This document shows positions 14,741 to 26,086 of a stretch of 64,000 nt of DNA, in pieces. Location of the stretch: the NCBI RefSeq assembly GCF_009914755.1, contig NC_060944.1; one strand, 5' to 3'. The stretch is from the human T2T-CHM13v2.0 reference genome, Homo sapiens. Under the pieces are notes generated by a model. It saw only the letters and a program-made list of their open reading frames with translations, searched no databases and had not been told where the DNA came from. Position numbers and translations under genes: made by a program. Position 1 is the first letter of the stretch, and every line of letters begins with the position of its first letter.

Positions 14741-16830
14741 GTGATATATGTATCACAGAAATATATATATTTGTTTCCCTCATATATATGAAATGTGTGT
14801 GTGTGTTCTGAATTGTATTGCTTTCATATTTTGGATTTTGTGACTGTTTTTATTCCTGGACCTTCCATTGTTTATATGAAGATAAGATTTTCTTCTCCTC
14901 GAGAGGATAGATCATAAATGCTATTTAGGAGAGGTAAGAGGAAAGGGAGTGATGAAGGCAAGTTAGATGGAGGAGGGAGGCAGAGAACATCTTAGTAAGG
15001 GAAGAAAGCCAACAAATCGTACAGGAACACGAGGGCAGAAGACTACTGGGGGGTAGGTATGTAGTCCACTTGACTAGAAAATAGTATTAAGTACATAAAA
15101 AATAAGAAAATTGATATTAACTGTGGTCAAATTATGGAAGAATAAAATCATGATGACTTTAAAGGAACCTTAAGTAAAGCAAGGAAAAATAATAATTATA
15201 GTGAAGAGCACAATAAAGGTTAAATATATTCTTAATGAGCTCATTGTTGGATCTTTTAAGGCCGAAAGGATATGTGAAAATAAATATGGTAGATGCAAAG
15301 TGAATCCAGAGAAAGCATTATTATGGGACATCATTTCTGAAACTGAGACTATTGAGTATAAAGATAATCCCCATTTACGTGGAAGTGGAAAGAAAATAGT
15401 ACAATTGGAGTAAGATAGAGATATTTGTTTCCATACTTACATTTCATGTTAACACTTCTTGAAATGTGATGTATAAAGAAATGAATAGCATCTGATTGCA
15501 ATGGAAAATTGGCCATGGAGTGGCAATGCAGAGGGAAGAATATATTTTGTTGTAAATAATGTAATTTCAAAATTTCAAGGAATCTATTTATAAACCCTTC
15601 ATCTCTTTTATTACCCCACTACCTGCTACACCATTAGGATATCTTTTCAATAAAAAATAATAATAACTCTAGAGGGTAATTGAGTTAATATCAAATGGAA
15701 GTGCTTCAAGCTGTTAAGAAAGGCACTCTGCAACACCAATCTATTATTACTAATGATTGCAATAATAATGATAAAGAACTGCATAGGTAGTGAGTCTGTG
15801 CCTTGTCTTTGAAAGGGAGGAGAAAGGAAAGAGTCAGGGCGTTAACATTCCCGGTAGCATGACAGAGTAGGAAAGTAGCTGCTGGTAGGTGGGCAATTTT
15901 TCCTAGTAGCTGAAATTTACTTCTTGTATTCTTAGACACAGAGAATCTTCAGTGACAATTAACAAAAAAGTAGTGGGAGGAACCCAAATGCCCACTAAAT
16001 GTGAAAGTTTGAGTGCTGTGCTGGGACACACTGTCAGTGTTAGACAATGCCATTGTGACAATGGGCCTTACTTTGCACTCACTTACATCACCCATCTGTT
16101 GGCTGTATTCAGGATTGGAACAAGAGAGTGAGTGGGCAGACTTCTCTCTCTTATTTAAAGCACGAGCAATTTGCCATTCCGCATTTATGATTTAATGTGT
16201 GTTTTAGGGAAATTGCTCCGGTAGAAAACAAGAAAGAGGGGAAGGAGAGAGTGAATCTTGGAGATCGTCGATGGTGTAGCATAAACAGGGAGAAGAACTG
16301 GTGAAGATGTTCAGTCTGAAGGCTGGCCCTTCATACACATGCTTTTTAAAAGTTGTGATATACCTTGACTTATACCAGGATGGAAAAATAAAATAGATAG
16401 ACTTTTTTTCTGAGCACAAATTTATCATCTTAAAACAATTGAAGTCTGGCACAAAGATGACTGGTTAGTACTGGTTCCTTTTTCCTTACATTATTTGAAT
16501 AGTATCTGTATTGTGAACTAGACCAAGCTACTCAGATACAGGTCCTAGAGAATGTCATTATCAAGTCCAGTAGAATTCTGATTTCCTTTTAAAATCTACT
16601 TAATCACTTGCCGTAAGTGCCTATTTCTGTGTTCCTCTCTGGTTCCTCATCAAACCACATCCTCTTTGAAAGCAGGGGCATGTTTGCCTCAGTATTTATG
16701 ATATCTCACACAGTGTCTAGCACATGTAAGACAAAAGAAAATATTTAAAAGGTGAAAGAAGAATTTAGAGGGATATTTCAGCACATAGCTCATATTATGA
16801 TGAGGTTGATGGCATATAGTAGCATCTAAG

Positions 16831-17629
16831 ATGACAACACAAGTGATTGGTACCTTGGGAACCCTGTGTGAAATCTCATGGTTCTCAGAAAAGCCACACT
16901 GTGGCCATATAACTATGTATGTGTTGCAAGGCAAGAAGAGAGGCAGAAGGCTTCCTATCAACAACATACAGTGGCCAGAGGATTCCAGACATCCAAGTAT
17001 TGTTCAGCTGATTTGTGTCTATGCAATGGCCAGGACCAGCCAGAAGAACATGATGACCTTCGAGTTTGAATATTTAGAATAAGGCTTAAACCTATATCAG
17101 GGAAGGTCAATTTCTCCAGTCTGCCATCGGAGAGAGTTAAGGATTGGACACATCAGTTTCTAAGAAACTTGGATGTTCTTACTCCAACTACATCATCCAT
17201 GAAGACTGAAGGCAGAACACAGACTAATGAAAAGTTCCTATCAGCCTGGACTGATGGATAAAAATGTAGGTTGACATTCTGGTATCAGACTCTTTATTTT
17301 CCTGTAGACTCCATGCATAGCCTCTCTAGATAACAGAGTGATCTTCCCACAGATATCTTATTGTGAAGTCTCTCTTCTATGAAAACTCTTTAGCAAAGGT
17401 GTTGATGGGATAGTTTTCCGTCATAAGATGTGATTTCTCCTTAATTTACCTTGCCCGTAGGCGCTTTCTCCTGGGGCGGGGGGGCTCTACTGTTTGCAGT
17501 GGTGGAGGCTCAGGTGGAAGGCTGAATCCCAGCTGCTTTTACAAGAGCTGACTTTTATCTAGAACAAGAGAATCACTGTTTTTGAGCCCCACAAGACTCT
17601 AACTTAGAGAAGGAAAAGAGAAGATGTGA
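16831..17629 (+). pseudogene. Highly diverged processed CDK4-like pseudogene
   Basis: Collinear, intron-free matches to CDK4 recalled from memory: PHCGH~PHSGH; GRRLPI~GGGLPI; HPSIVQLICVYAMART~HPNVVRLMDVCATSRT; FEYLE*GL~FEHVDQDL; LPSERVKDWTHQFLRNLDVL~[20 protein letters not shown]; acattctggtatcagactc~TLWYRAP; tctctcttctatgaaaactct~PLFCGNS; TLPVGAFS~SLPRGAFP; QLLLQELTF~QLLLEMLTF; aacaagagaatcactg~HKRISA. Confidence 0.85.
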
Positions 17630-17682
17630 AAAAAATGCAGCTAACTAGAAGTTAAAAGGAAGGGGAAATGTGTTTTGAGATC

Positions 17683-17988
17683 TTTGTTGTTGTTTGTTTG
17701 TTTTTTGAGATAGAGTGTCACTCTGTCACCCAGACTGGAGTACAGTGGCATGATCTCGGCTCACTGCAACCTCCACCTCCTGGGTTCAAATGATTCTCAT
17801 GCCTCAGCCTCCCCAGTAGCTGGGATTACAGGCACCCGCCACCATGCCTGGCTAATTTTTTTATTTTTACTTGTGACAGGGTTTTACTGTGTTGGCCAGG
17901 CTGTTCTTGAACCCCTAACCTTAAATGATCCACCCGCTTTCACCTCCCAAAGTGCTGGGATTGCAGGTGTGAGCCACCGCGCCTGTCC
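17683..17988 (-). mobile_element. AluS element
   Basis: Reverse dimeric Alu with a (gttt)n tail. Confidence 0.94.
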
Positions 17989-19341
17989 TAATATGTCTTT
18001 TAAGTGGAGATTTCCCCAGGCAAAGGAGAATCAAATTTCTTATTTCTCTTATCCTGTGAGGCCATGGAGCCTTCTTCTTTCTACCTACCTCTTTTTATAA
18101 AATATATTGCTTCCTTAAATATTCAACTATTAATAATATGGCAAGAGTACCTCTTATGCACTAGGACCATTGCTTCCCACGTCTCCTTAGGGAAGCACAA
18201 CTTTTCTCCTCTCTCAGATATTCCACACAAAGGGGTATGTCTACTTCTACTTCTCCCTCCTTCTTCCAGCCAGATTTGTTAGAAGTGGGTGGTGAGAGAA
18301 CTGGGCTCTGTTTTGTACAATAACAAAGAAACTAAAGGAAAAGAATGAATGTATGAACAAATAAATCCTCAGCTATCATCTACTTTTTTTTTGTATTCTT
18401 CATAGACTAAATAATGTTCATTTATTCATCCATTCATTCATCTTTTCAGTAAAAAATGTTGTTGAGTGTGTATTATGAAAACATACTGCTCAAAGGGTTG
18501 GGGATACGGGCAAGAGGCTTACTTGCATGAGCTTCCATTCTAAAGGGAAGAAAAATATGCCAAATATGTAAACAATAAACAAGGTGGTCAGGGCTGTTTC
18601 CTTTGTCCCCTGGAAAAGGAAGATTCTCCCCTATCTTACCTCCAGAGATTTATTACTGCCTAAACCCTATAATCATCCTTCTAGACTTATTTTAGAGAAT
18701 ACTGTTGGTTGGTTAGTTTGTTTTCACTGCAAAGCAAAAGAATGAACCAGAATATAAATAAATACATACATACATACATACAGTAGACTCTGTCTCACCT
18801 GCATTTAGGTGTGGCCCAGTGAGTAAATTCTGATCATCAGGGAATGGGTCAAATTGTTTTGTGCAACTTAGTGATCACACCTTCAAGGTGAAAGTGTTAT
18901 TTTCTTCTGAGGCCTGGAATACAGACATAGTGGTGTACCGTTTTGGGCTATGTGCATGGGGATAAAATCTTATGAATGATGAAGAAAGAATATGGAAAAA
19001 GCCTGGCTCCCTAACAGGGATCACCATATCATCTTTTGATTGTTTATTCTTCTACAATTACATGTGGGAGAAATAAATAGGTTCTTGTTCAAGTCATTAT
19101 TATTTTGGGTCCCCAATATGCAGCTGAACATACCCTAACTAACCTATACACTCCTGCCCTGCATGACTCTAATTCATGGACCTCTTTTCAATTTCTATGA
19201 AATCACAAAATATTAGAAGTGAGGAATACCATAGAATCACTATTCATGGTTTTCAACAACGGTACGCAGAAGTAGTAACTCTGCAGTGATCATGTAGAAC
19301 CAATTTTCTCTCATCTCCATATCCACCTGCATTTTGATGTA

Positions 19342-19657
19342 CAGCTCTCCCTCAGTGTCTATGGGGCATTTGTTCAAGATCCACTTCCACCCTAAATACC
19401 AAAATTCATGGATGCTCAAGTCCTTTATGTAAAATGGCATAGTCTTTGCATATAACCTACACACATCCTCCCGTATACTTTAGATCATCACTAGATTACT
19501 TATACATAATACAATGTAAATGCTATGTAAATAATTGTTACAATGTATTTTAAGACTTGTATTATTTTTATTGTTTTTTTAATTTTTTAAAAATAAATTC
19601 AATCTGAGATTGGTTGAATTCGTGGATGTGAAATCTGCAGATAATGAGGACCAACTA
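19342..19657. mobile_element. MER2 (TcMar-Tigger) DNA transposon
   Basis: Core ggatgctcaagtcctttatgtaaaatggc...gcatataacctacacacatcctcccgtatacttta; degenerate TIRs; TA flanks. Confidence 0.88.
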
Positions 19658-19869
19658 TATATAATTTCTGCCAACTCTACATGCATAAGTTATCCATCTG
19701 CTTGTGTCACTCCTCTTCTTCACATCAAAAAGCTGTGCATGTAGGAAATAATTGTGATCCCCCAAATCAGTCCAAAGACACACTGAAGAGCACCCTAGAA
19801 ATGTTGGCTAAGGAAAACCTGAATTTGCGGTACGCAACTTTGATGAATCTAAAAACTTGGAAAGATAAA

Positions 19870-20810
19870 TCAAGATTTATCTTTGATTCTTCCACCTCAT
19901 TCTCAACATAAAATCCATTAGCAAGTACTCTTGAATATAACTTCAGATGTGTTCTGAATCTATCTTCTGTTCTCCGTCTAAACTATTGACATCCTAGTTC
20001 AAGTCACCACTGTCTCTATCATGGACAACAACAATTGTGTCCGGAGTCATCCACCTGCTTTTCTGTTCTTTCCTTCTCTAGTCCCTTTCCACTAAGCTGC
20101 AATAATCGATCTTATGGTAATTTAAATTTGATTATGCAACTTTCCTGCTTAAAATCCCCTACTGGTTTTTCATCTCACTTGTTGCACAACTCAAGCCCCC
20201 TTGCCATGACCTATAAGCCCTATCTATATGATCCAGCTTCTGCCCCACTCTCAGCCTTATCCCATACAACTTACTCTCTAGATCACTCTGTCCAGTCATA
20301 CGGAGTGTCGTACTCTTCTTTGAGTTCTGTCCAGTCATACGGAGTGTCGTACTCTTCTTTGAGTTCTGTCCAGTCATACGGAGTGTCGTACTCTTCTTTG
20401 AGTTCTCTCCAGTCATACGGAGTGTCGTACTCTTCTTTGAGTTCTTCAAGTTCATAACCATCCTGCAGACTGAGTTTGCTACAGTTTCTTCTGATTTAAA
20501 ATTTTTTCTCTAGGTCATCATATGGCTGCCTCCTTACCTTTCAGATCTCAGCTTTTCTAAGAAGAACCTTCACTGACTCTTCAAGTGCCCTCCCAGTCCC
20601 AGTCACTATCACATCTCCTGTTTTATTTTTTTCCTAGCAATTATGCTAACTTACATGTTTGTTGTCTGTCTTTTCTGATGATAAGGTGACATCTTTGGAG
20701 TCAGGCCTATGCTTATCTCATTCCCAACTATATTCACAGTATCTAGAGGAAATCTTACAACAGAAGAAGTGCTCAGTAAATACATGTTGAATTTTTAAAG
20801 TGAATGAGTG
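19870..20810 (+). mobile_element. L2 3' fragment
   Basis: Pyrimidine-rich L2 motifs ending gtgctcagtaaatacatgttgaat. Confidence 0.7.
20287..20445. repeat. 39-bp tandem repeat x4
   Basis: Unit ctgtccagtcatacggagtgtcgtactcttctttgagtt at 20288, 20327, 20366 and 20405; one substitution in the last copy. Confidence 0.97.
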
Positions 20811-22014
20811 GATTAATTAATTAATTAATTAATTAACGAACACTAACCTGAGATAGATTCGCCTGCCAGATCCTTAAATCTGAAGAAATTTCTGCTATGT
20901 CATTTGTTGGTTAATAAACCATGACAACAACCACAATCAGTTGTAAAACAAATCGAACAAAGGTATAAAACGAATTAATAATGGAAAGTATTTTAGCCAA
21001 TTGTACTGCAAATTAATAAACAAAAAAATCAACAAATAGATACTAAAGTTCAATAACCACCAATTTTATCCAATTTAATTACTTCTTGCTTCTTCTATTA
21101 TAAGACACTTATTTCCTGGACTGAGAGCCATCTTCAACTCTATCAGCTACTACTGGCTTTTCTCAAGTGACCCATTCAGCTGTCTCTTCTACCCACAGTA
21201 ATGCTCTCCCCAGAATTCTACCATCATCGGCTTCAGTAGAAATATCTGTGACACACAGGGCTGCAATTACAGCCATTTGTCTCTCAACAGTAAGGAGAAC
21301 AGCTGTCTTTTTACATGGGGCCCCCAACATTTCCAAGATGGTTTCTTTTATTCCTCTCTGGAAATGTGAATGCCATCTCAAACGCACGATAGAAGCAGTG
21401 CCGATAAAGTCTACTCTTGTCAGTCTCACAAACAGCCTCATTATTTGGTGACTGCAAACATGGTTTGTAGTCATTGCTCCTGCCAATCTGAAGGCTTCTA
21501 ATGCTGCAGCGGAGTGATTGAAAGTCCAAGATTACAGGCGAAGGGGATGAGGAGTTGTTTATAGCTCTTGCTCATCCACTAAAAGCCCCCAGCCAGAAGC
21601 AGCTCTCTGTTTGAAGGAAAGTAAGTTTCTTCCACAGCTGAAAATAAATGTGTTTTGGGGAAAACACAGGGCTTGTGGGGGAGGAAGCATGCCTTGCAGG
21701 CCTGAGGAAAGCATGGGGGGCAGTGATGATTACTAGCAGTCGTTCCTCCACCAGGGAGGTCTCTGCATGACAACCGTCAAAGTTGGGAGCACGAATGTTT
21801 AGCTGCCTCTCCCATTATGAGGTGGAGTTAGTTATGCCATTGCAGAAACAAACCTCTCCACATTGAGTCTTGCTGTAACTGGTAATTGTATTAATGTCAT
21901 ATTTGATGATAGAGCCCTGTTTTAGCTGACACCATGCATCACTGGAAGGGAAGGTGCCGTGATTCCAGTTGAATATACTACGTTGTAAAGACCTTCGCTA
22001 GGCAGCAGGACTGA

Positions 22015-22983
22015 GGGTGCCCGGGGCAAGTGCCAGCCCATGCCATCACTCTCACAGAGCCCCGGGTATGCTTGACCATTGAAGGCCAGGAGGCTAACTG
22101 TCTCCTGGACACTGGCGCAGCCTTCTCAGTCTTACTGTCCTGTCCCAGGCAGCTGTCCTCCAGATCTGTCACTATCCGAGGGGTCCTAGGACAGCCAGTC
22201 ACTACAAACTTCTCCCAGCCACTAAGTTGTGACTGGGCAACTTTACTCTTTTCACATGCTTTTCTAATTATGCCTGAAAGCCCCACTCCCTTGTTAGGGA
22301 GAGACATTCTAGCAAAAGCAGGGGCCATTATACACCTGAACATAGGAGAAGGAACACCTGTTTGTTGTCCCCTGCTTAAGGAAGGAATTAATCCTGAAGT
22401 CTGGGCAACAGAAGGACAATATGGACGAGCAAAGAATGCCCATCCTGTTCAAGTTAAACTAAAGGATTCTGCCTCCTTTCCCTACCAAAGGCAATACCCC
22501 CTTAGACCTGAGGCCCAACAAGGACTCCAAAAGATTGTTAAGGACCTAAAAGTGCAAGGCCTAGTAAAAACATGCAATAGCCCCTGCGATACTCCAATTT
22601 TAGGAGTACAGAAACCCAATGGACAGTGGAGGTTGGTGCAAGATCTCAGGATTATCGATGAGGCCATTGTCCCTCTATACCCAGCTGTACCTAACCCTTA
22701 TACTCTGCTTTCCCAAATACCAGAGGAAGCAGAGTTGTTTACAGTCCTGGACCTTAAGGATGCCTTTTTCTGCATCCCTGTACATCCTGAGTCTCAATTC
22801 TTGTTTGCCTTTGAAGATCCTTCAATCCCAATGTCTCAACTCACCTGGACTGTTTTACCCCAAGGGTTCAGGGATAGTCCCCATCTATTTCACCATACAT
22901 TAGCCCAAGACTTGAGCCAGTTCTCATACCTGGACACTCTTGTCCTTTGGTACGTGGATGATTTACTTTTAGCCTCCCGTTGA
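22015..22983 (+). pseudogene. HERV-W protease + N-terminal reverse transcriptase open frame
   Basis: Aspartic protease motifs LLDTGA and LLGRD; RT motifs WRLVQDLR, LDLKDAFF, LPQGF and YVDDLLL. Ends at a premature TGA (22981-22983) with a frameshift next to it. The ORF-track start at 22030 is GTG, not ATG. Confidence 0.93.
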
Positions 22984-24250
22984 GAAACCAACAGGAGTGC
23001 CATCAAGCCACCCAAGTGCTCTTAAATGTCCTCGCTACCTGTGGCTACAAGGTTTCCAAACAAAAGGCTCAGCTCTGCTCACAGCAGGTTAAATACTTAG
23101 GGGTAAAATTATCCAAAGGGACCAGGGCCCTCAGTGAGGAACATATCCAGTCTTTACTGGCTTATCCTTATCCCAAAACCCTAAAGCAACTAAGAGATTC
23201 CTTGGCATAACAGGTTTCTGCCGAGTATGGATTCCCAGGTACGGTGAAATAGCCAGACCATTATATACACTAATTAAGGAAACTCAGAAAGCCAATACCC
23301 ATTTATTAAGATGGACACCTGAAGCAGAAGTGGCTTTCCAGGCCCTAAAGAAGGCCCTAACCCAAGCCCCAGTGTTAAGCTTGCCAACGGGGCAAGAGTT
23401 TTCTTTATATGTCACAGAAAAAACAGGAATAGCTCTAGAAGTCCTTACACAGGTCTGAGGGATGAGCTTGCAACCCACGGCATACCTGAGTAAGGCAATT
23501 GATGTAATGGCAAAGGGTTGGCCTCATTGTTTACGGGTAGTGGCGGCAGTAGCAGTCTTAGTATCTGAAGCAGTTAAAATAATACAGGGAAGAGATCTTA
23601 CTGTGTGGACTTCTCATGATGTGAACTGCATACTCACTGCTAAAGGAGACTTGTGGCTGTCAGACAACCATTTATTTAAATATCAGGCTCTATTACTTGA
23701 AGGGCTAGTGCTGTGACTGCACACTTGTGCAACTCTTAACCCAGCCACATTTCTTCCAGACAATGAAGAACAGATAGAACATAACTGTCAACAAGTAATT
23801 GCTCAAACCTACGCCACTCGAGGGGACCTTCTAGAGGTTCCCTTGACTGATCCCAACCTCAGCTTGTATACTGATGGAAGTTCTTTTGTAGAAAAAGGAC
23901 TTCAAAAAGGGGGGTATGCAGTGGTCAGTGATAATGGAATACTTGAAAGAAATCCCCTCACTCCAGGAACTAGTGCTCAGCTGGTGGAACTAATAGCCCT
24001 CCCTCGGGCACTAGAATTAGGAGAAGGAAAAAGGGTAAATATATATACAGACTCTAAGTATGCTTACTTAGTCCTCCATGCCCATGCAACAATATGGAGA
24101 GAAAGGGAATTCCTAACTTCCAAAGGAACACTTATCAAACATCAGGAAGCCATTAGGAAATTATTACTGTCTGTACAGAAACCTAAAGAGGTGGCAGTCT
24201 TACACTGCCAGGGCCATCAGAAAGGAAAGGAAAGGGAAATAGACGGGAAC
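22984..24250 (+). pseudogene. HERV-W pol remainder (RT thumb/connection, RNase H), frameshifted and truncated
   Basis: Fragments QVKYLG, AYLSK..D..AKGWPHCLR, and RNase H motifs LYTDGSS, TSAQLVEL, IYTDSKY, HCQGHQ lie in different frames with stops. Integrase is absent. Confidence 0.92.
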
Positions 24251-24311
24251 CCCTACCTTCACTGCCCACATCCATATAGCCCACAACTGCTATAACTCTG
24301 CCACTCTTTGC

Positions 24312-25730
24312 ATGCATGCAAATACTCATTATTGGACAGGGAAAATGATTAATCCTAGTTGTCCTGGAGGACTTGGAGCCACTGTCTGTTGGACTTACTT
24401 CACCCATACTGGTATGTCTGATGGGGGTGGAGTTCAAGATCAGGCAAGAGAAAAACACATAAAGGAAGTAATCTCCCGACTGACCCAGGTACATAGCACC
24501 CCTGGCTCCTACAAAGGACTAGATCTCTCAAAACTACATGAAACCCTCCATACCTATATTCACCTGGTCAGCCTATTTAATACCACCCTCACTGGGCTCC
24601 ATGAGGTCTCGGCCCAAAACGCTACTAACTGTTGGATGTTCCTCCCCCTGTACTTCAGGCCATACATTTCAATCCTTGTACCTGAACAATGGAACAACTT
24701 CAGCACAGAAATAAACACCACTTCCATTTTAATAGGACCTCTTGTTTCCAATCTGGAAATAACCCATACCTCAAACCTCACCTGTGTAAAATTTAGCAAT
24801 ACTATAGACACACCCAACTCCCAATGCATCAGGTGGGTAAGTCATCCCACACGAATAGTCTGCCTACCCTCAGGAATATTTTTTGTCTGTGGTACCTCAG
24901 CCTATCGTTGTTTCAAGGGCTCATCAGAATCTATATGCTTCCTCTCATTCTTAGTGCCCCCTATGACCATCTACACTGAACAGGATTTATACAATCATGT
25001 CGTACCTAAGCCCCGCAACAAAAGAGTACCCATTCTTACTTTTGTTGTGGGAGCAGGAGGGTTAGGCGGATTAGGTACTGGCATTGGCGGTATCACAACC
25101 TCTACTCAGTTCTACTACAAACTATCTCAAGAACTAAATGGTGACATGGAATGGGTTGCTGACTCCCTAGTCACCTTGCAAGATCAACTTAACTCCCTAG
25201 TAGCAGTAGTTCTTCAAAATCGAAGAGCTTTAGACTTGCTAACCGCCAAAAGAGGGGGAACCTGTCTATTTTTAGGGGAAGAATGCTGTTATTATGTTAA
25301 TCAATCCGGAATCGTCACAGAGAAAGTTAAAGAAATTAGAGATCAAATACAACGCAGAGCAGAGGAGCTTCAAAACACCGGACCCTGGGGCCTTGTCAGC
25401 CAATGGATGCCCTGGATTCTCCCCTTCTTAGGACCTCTAGCAGCTATAATATTGTTATTCCTCTTTGGACCCTGTATCTTTAACCTCCTTGTTAAGTTTG
25501 TCTCTTCCAAAATTGAAGCTGTAAAGCTACAAATCGTTCTTCAAATGGAGCCCCAGATGCAGTCCATGACTAAATCTACCACGGACCCCTGGACCAGCCT
25601 GCTAGCCCATGCTCTGATGTTAATGACATCAAAGGCACCCCTCCTGAGGAAATCTCAACTGCACAACACCTACTATGCCCCAATTCAGCAGGAAGCAGTT
25701 AGAGCGGTCATCAGCCAACCTCCCCAATAG
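24312..25730 (+). CDS. N-terminally truncated HERV-W Env ORF (syncytin-1 paralogue), 472 aa, altered C-terminus; expression unknown
   Basis: SDGGGVQDQAR motif, furin site RNKR, fusion peptide, ISD LQNRRALDLLTAKRGGTC, CX6CC and TM helix WMPWILPFLGPLAAIILLFLFGPCIF. No signal peptide. The tail is frameshifted after MQSMTK. Not ERVW-1, which is a provirus with two full LTRs. Confidence 0.85.
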   Translation: MHANTHYWTGKMINPSCPGGLGATVCWTYFTHTGMSDGGGVQDQAREKHIKEVISRLTQVHSTPGSYKGLDLSKLHETLHTYIHLVSLFNTTLTGLHEVSAQNATNCWMFLPLYFRPYISILVPEQWNNFSTEINTTSILIGPLVSNLEITHTSNLTCVKFSNTIDTPNSQCIRWVSHPTRIVCLPSGIFFVCGTSAYRCFKGSSESICFLSFLVPPMTIYTEQDLYNHVVPKPRNKRVPILTFVVGAGGLGGLGTGIGGITTSTQFYYKLSQELNGDMEWVADSLVTLQDQLNSLVAVVLQNRRALDLLTAKRGGTCLFLGEECCYYVNQSGIVTEKVKEIRDQIQRRAEELQNTGPWGLVSQWMPWILPFLGPLAAIILLFLFGPCIFNLLVKFVSSKIEAVKLQIVLQMEPQMQSMTKSTTDPWTSLLAHALMLMTSKAPLLRKSQLHNTYYAPIQQEAVRAVISQPPQ

Positions 25731-25760
25731 CACTTGGGTTTTCCTGTTGAGAGGGGGCAC

Positions 25761-26086
25761 TGAGAGACAGGACTAGCTGGATTTCCTAGGCCGACTAAGA
25801 ATCCCTAAGCCTAGCTGGGAAGGTGACCGCTTCCACCTTTAAACACGGGGCCTGCAACTTAGCTCACACCCGACCAATCAGATAGTAGAGAGAGCTCACT
25901 AAAATGCTAATTAGGCAAAAACTGGAGGTAAAGAAATAGCCAATCATCTATTGCCTGAGAGCACAGAAGGTGGGACAATGGTCCGGATATAAACCCAGGC
26001 ATTCGAGCTGGCAAGGGCTACCCTCCTTGGGTCCCCTCCCTTTCTATGGGAGCTATGTCTTCACTCTATTAAATCTTGCAACCGCA
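25761..26086 (+). promoter_or_regulatory. LTR17 U3-R (3' LTR lacking U5)
   Basis: Polypurine tract gagagggggcac, then TGAGAGACAGGACTAGCTGG; CCAAT boxes at 25874 and 25940, TATAAA at 25988, poly(A) signal ATTAAA at 26068. Confidence 0.93.

Noticed and set aside
20287-20445. CRISPR-like array or repeat-protein ORFs (20035-20457, 20159-20461)
   Set aside because: Units are directly adjacent with no spacers, there are no cas genes and the context is eukaryotic. The ORFs arise from a stop-free 39-bp unit.
21163-21529. Overlapping 70-107 aa ORFs
   Set aside because: No recognisable domain, non-ATG starts, and lengths compatible with chance.
24312-25730. Syncytin-1 (ERVW-1) or ERVW-2 identity
   Set aside because: The element lacks a 5' LTR, U5 and the env 5' end, retains the 12-nt tail segment, has Met68 mutated and has a frameshifted tail.
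23843-25730. RNase H-Env fusion protein
   Set aside because: The two frames differ. The pol frame stops at 24295 and the env frame has TAG at 24240.
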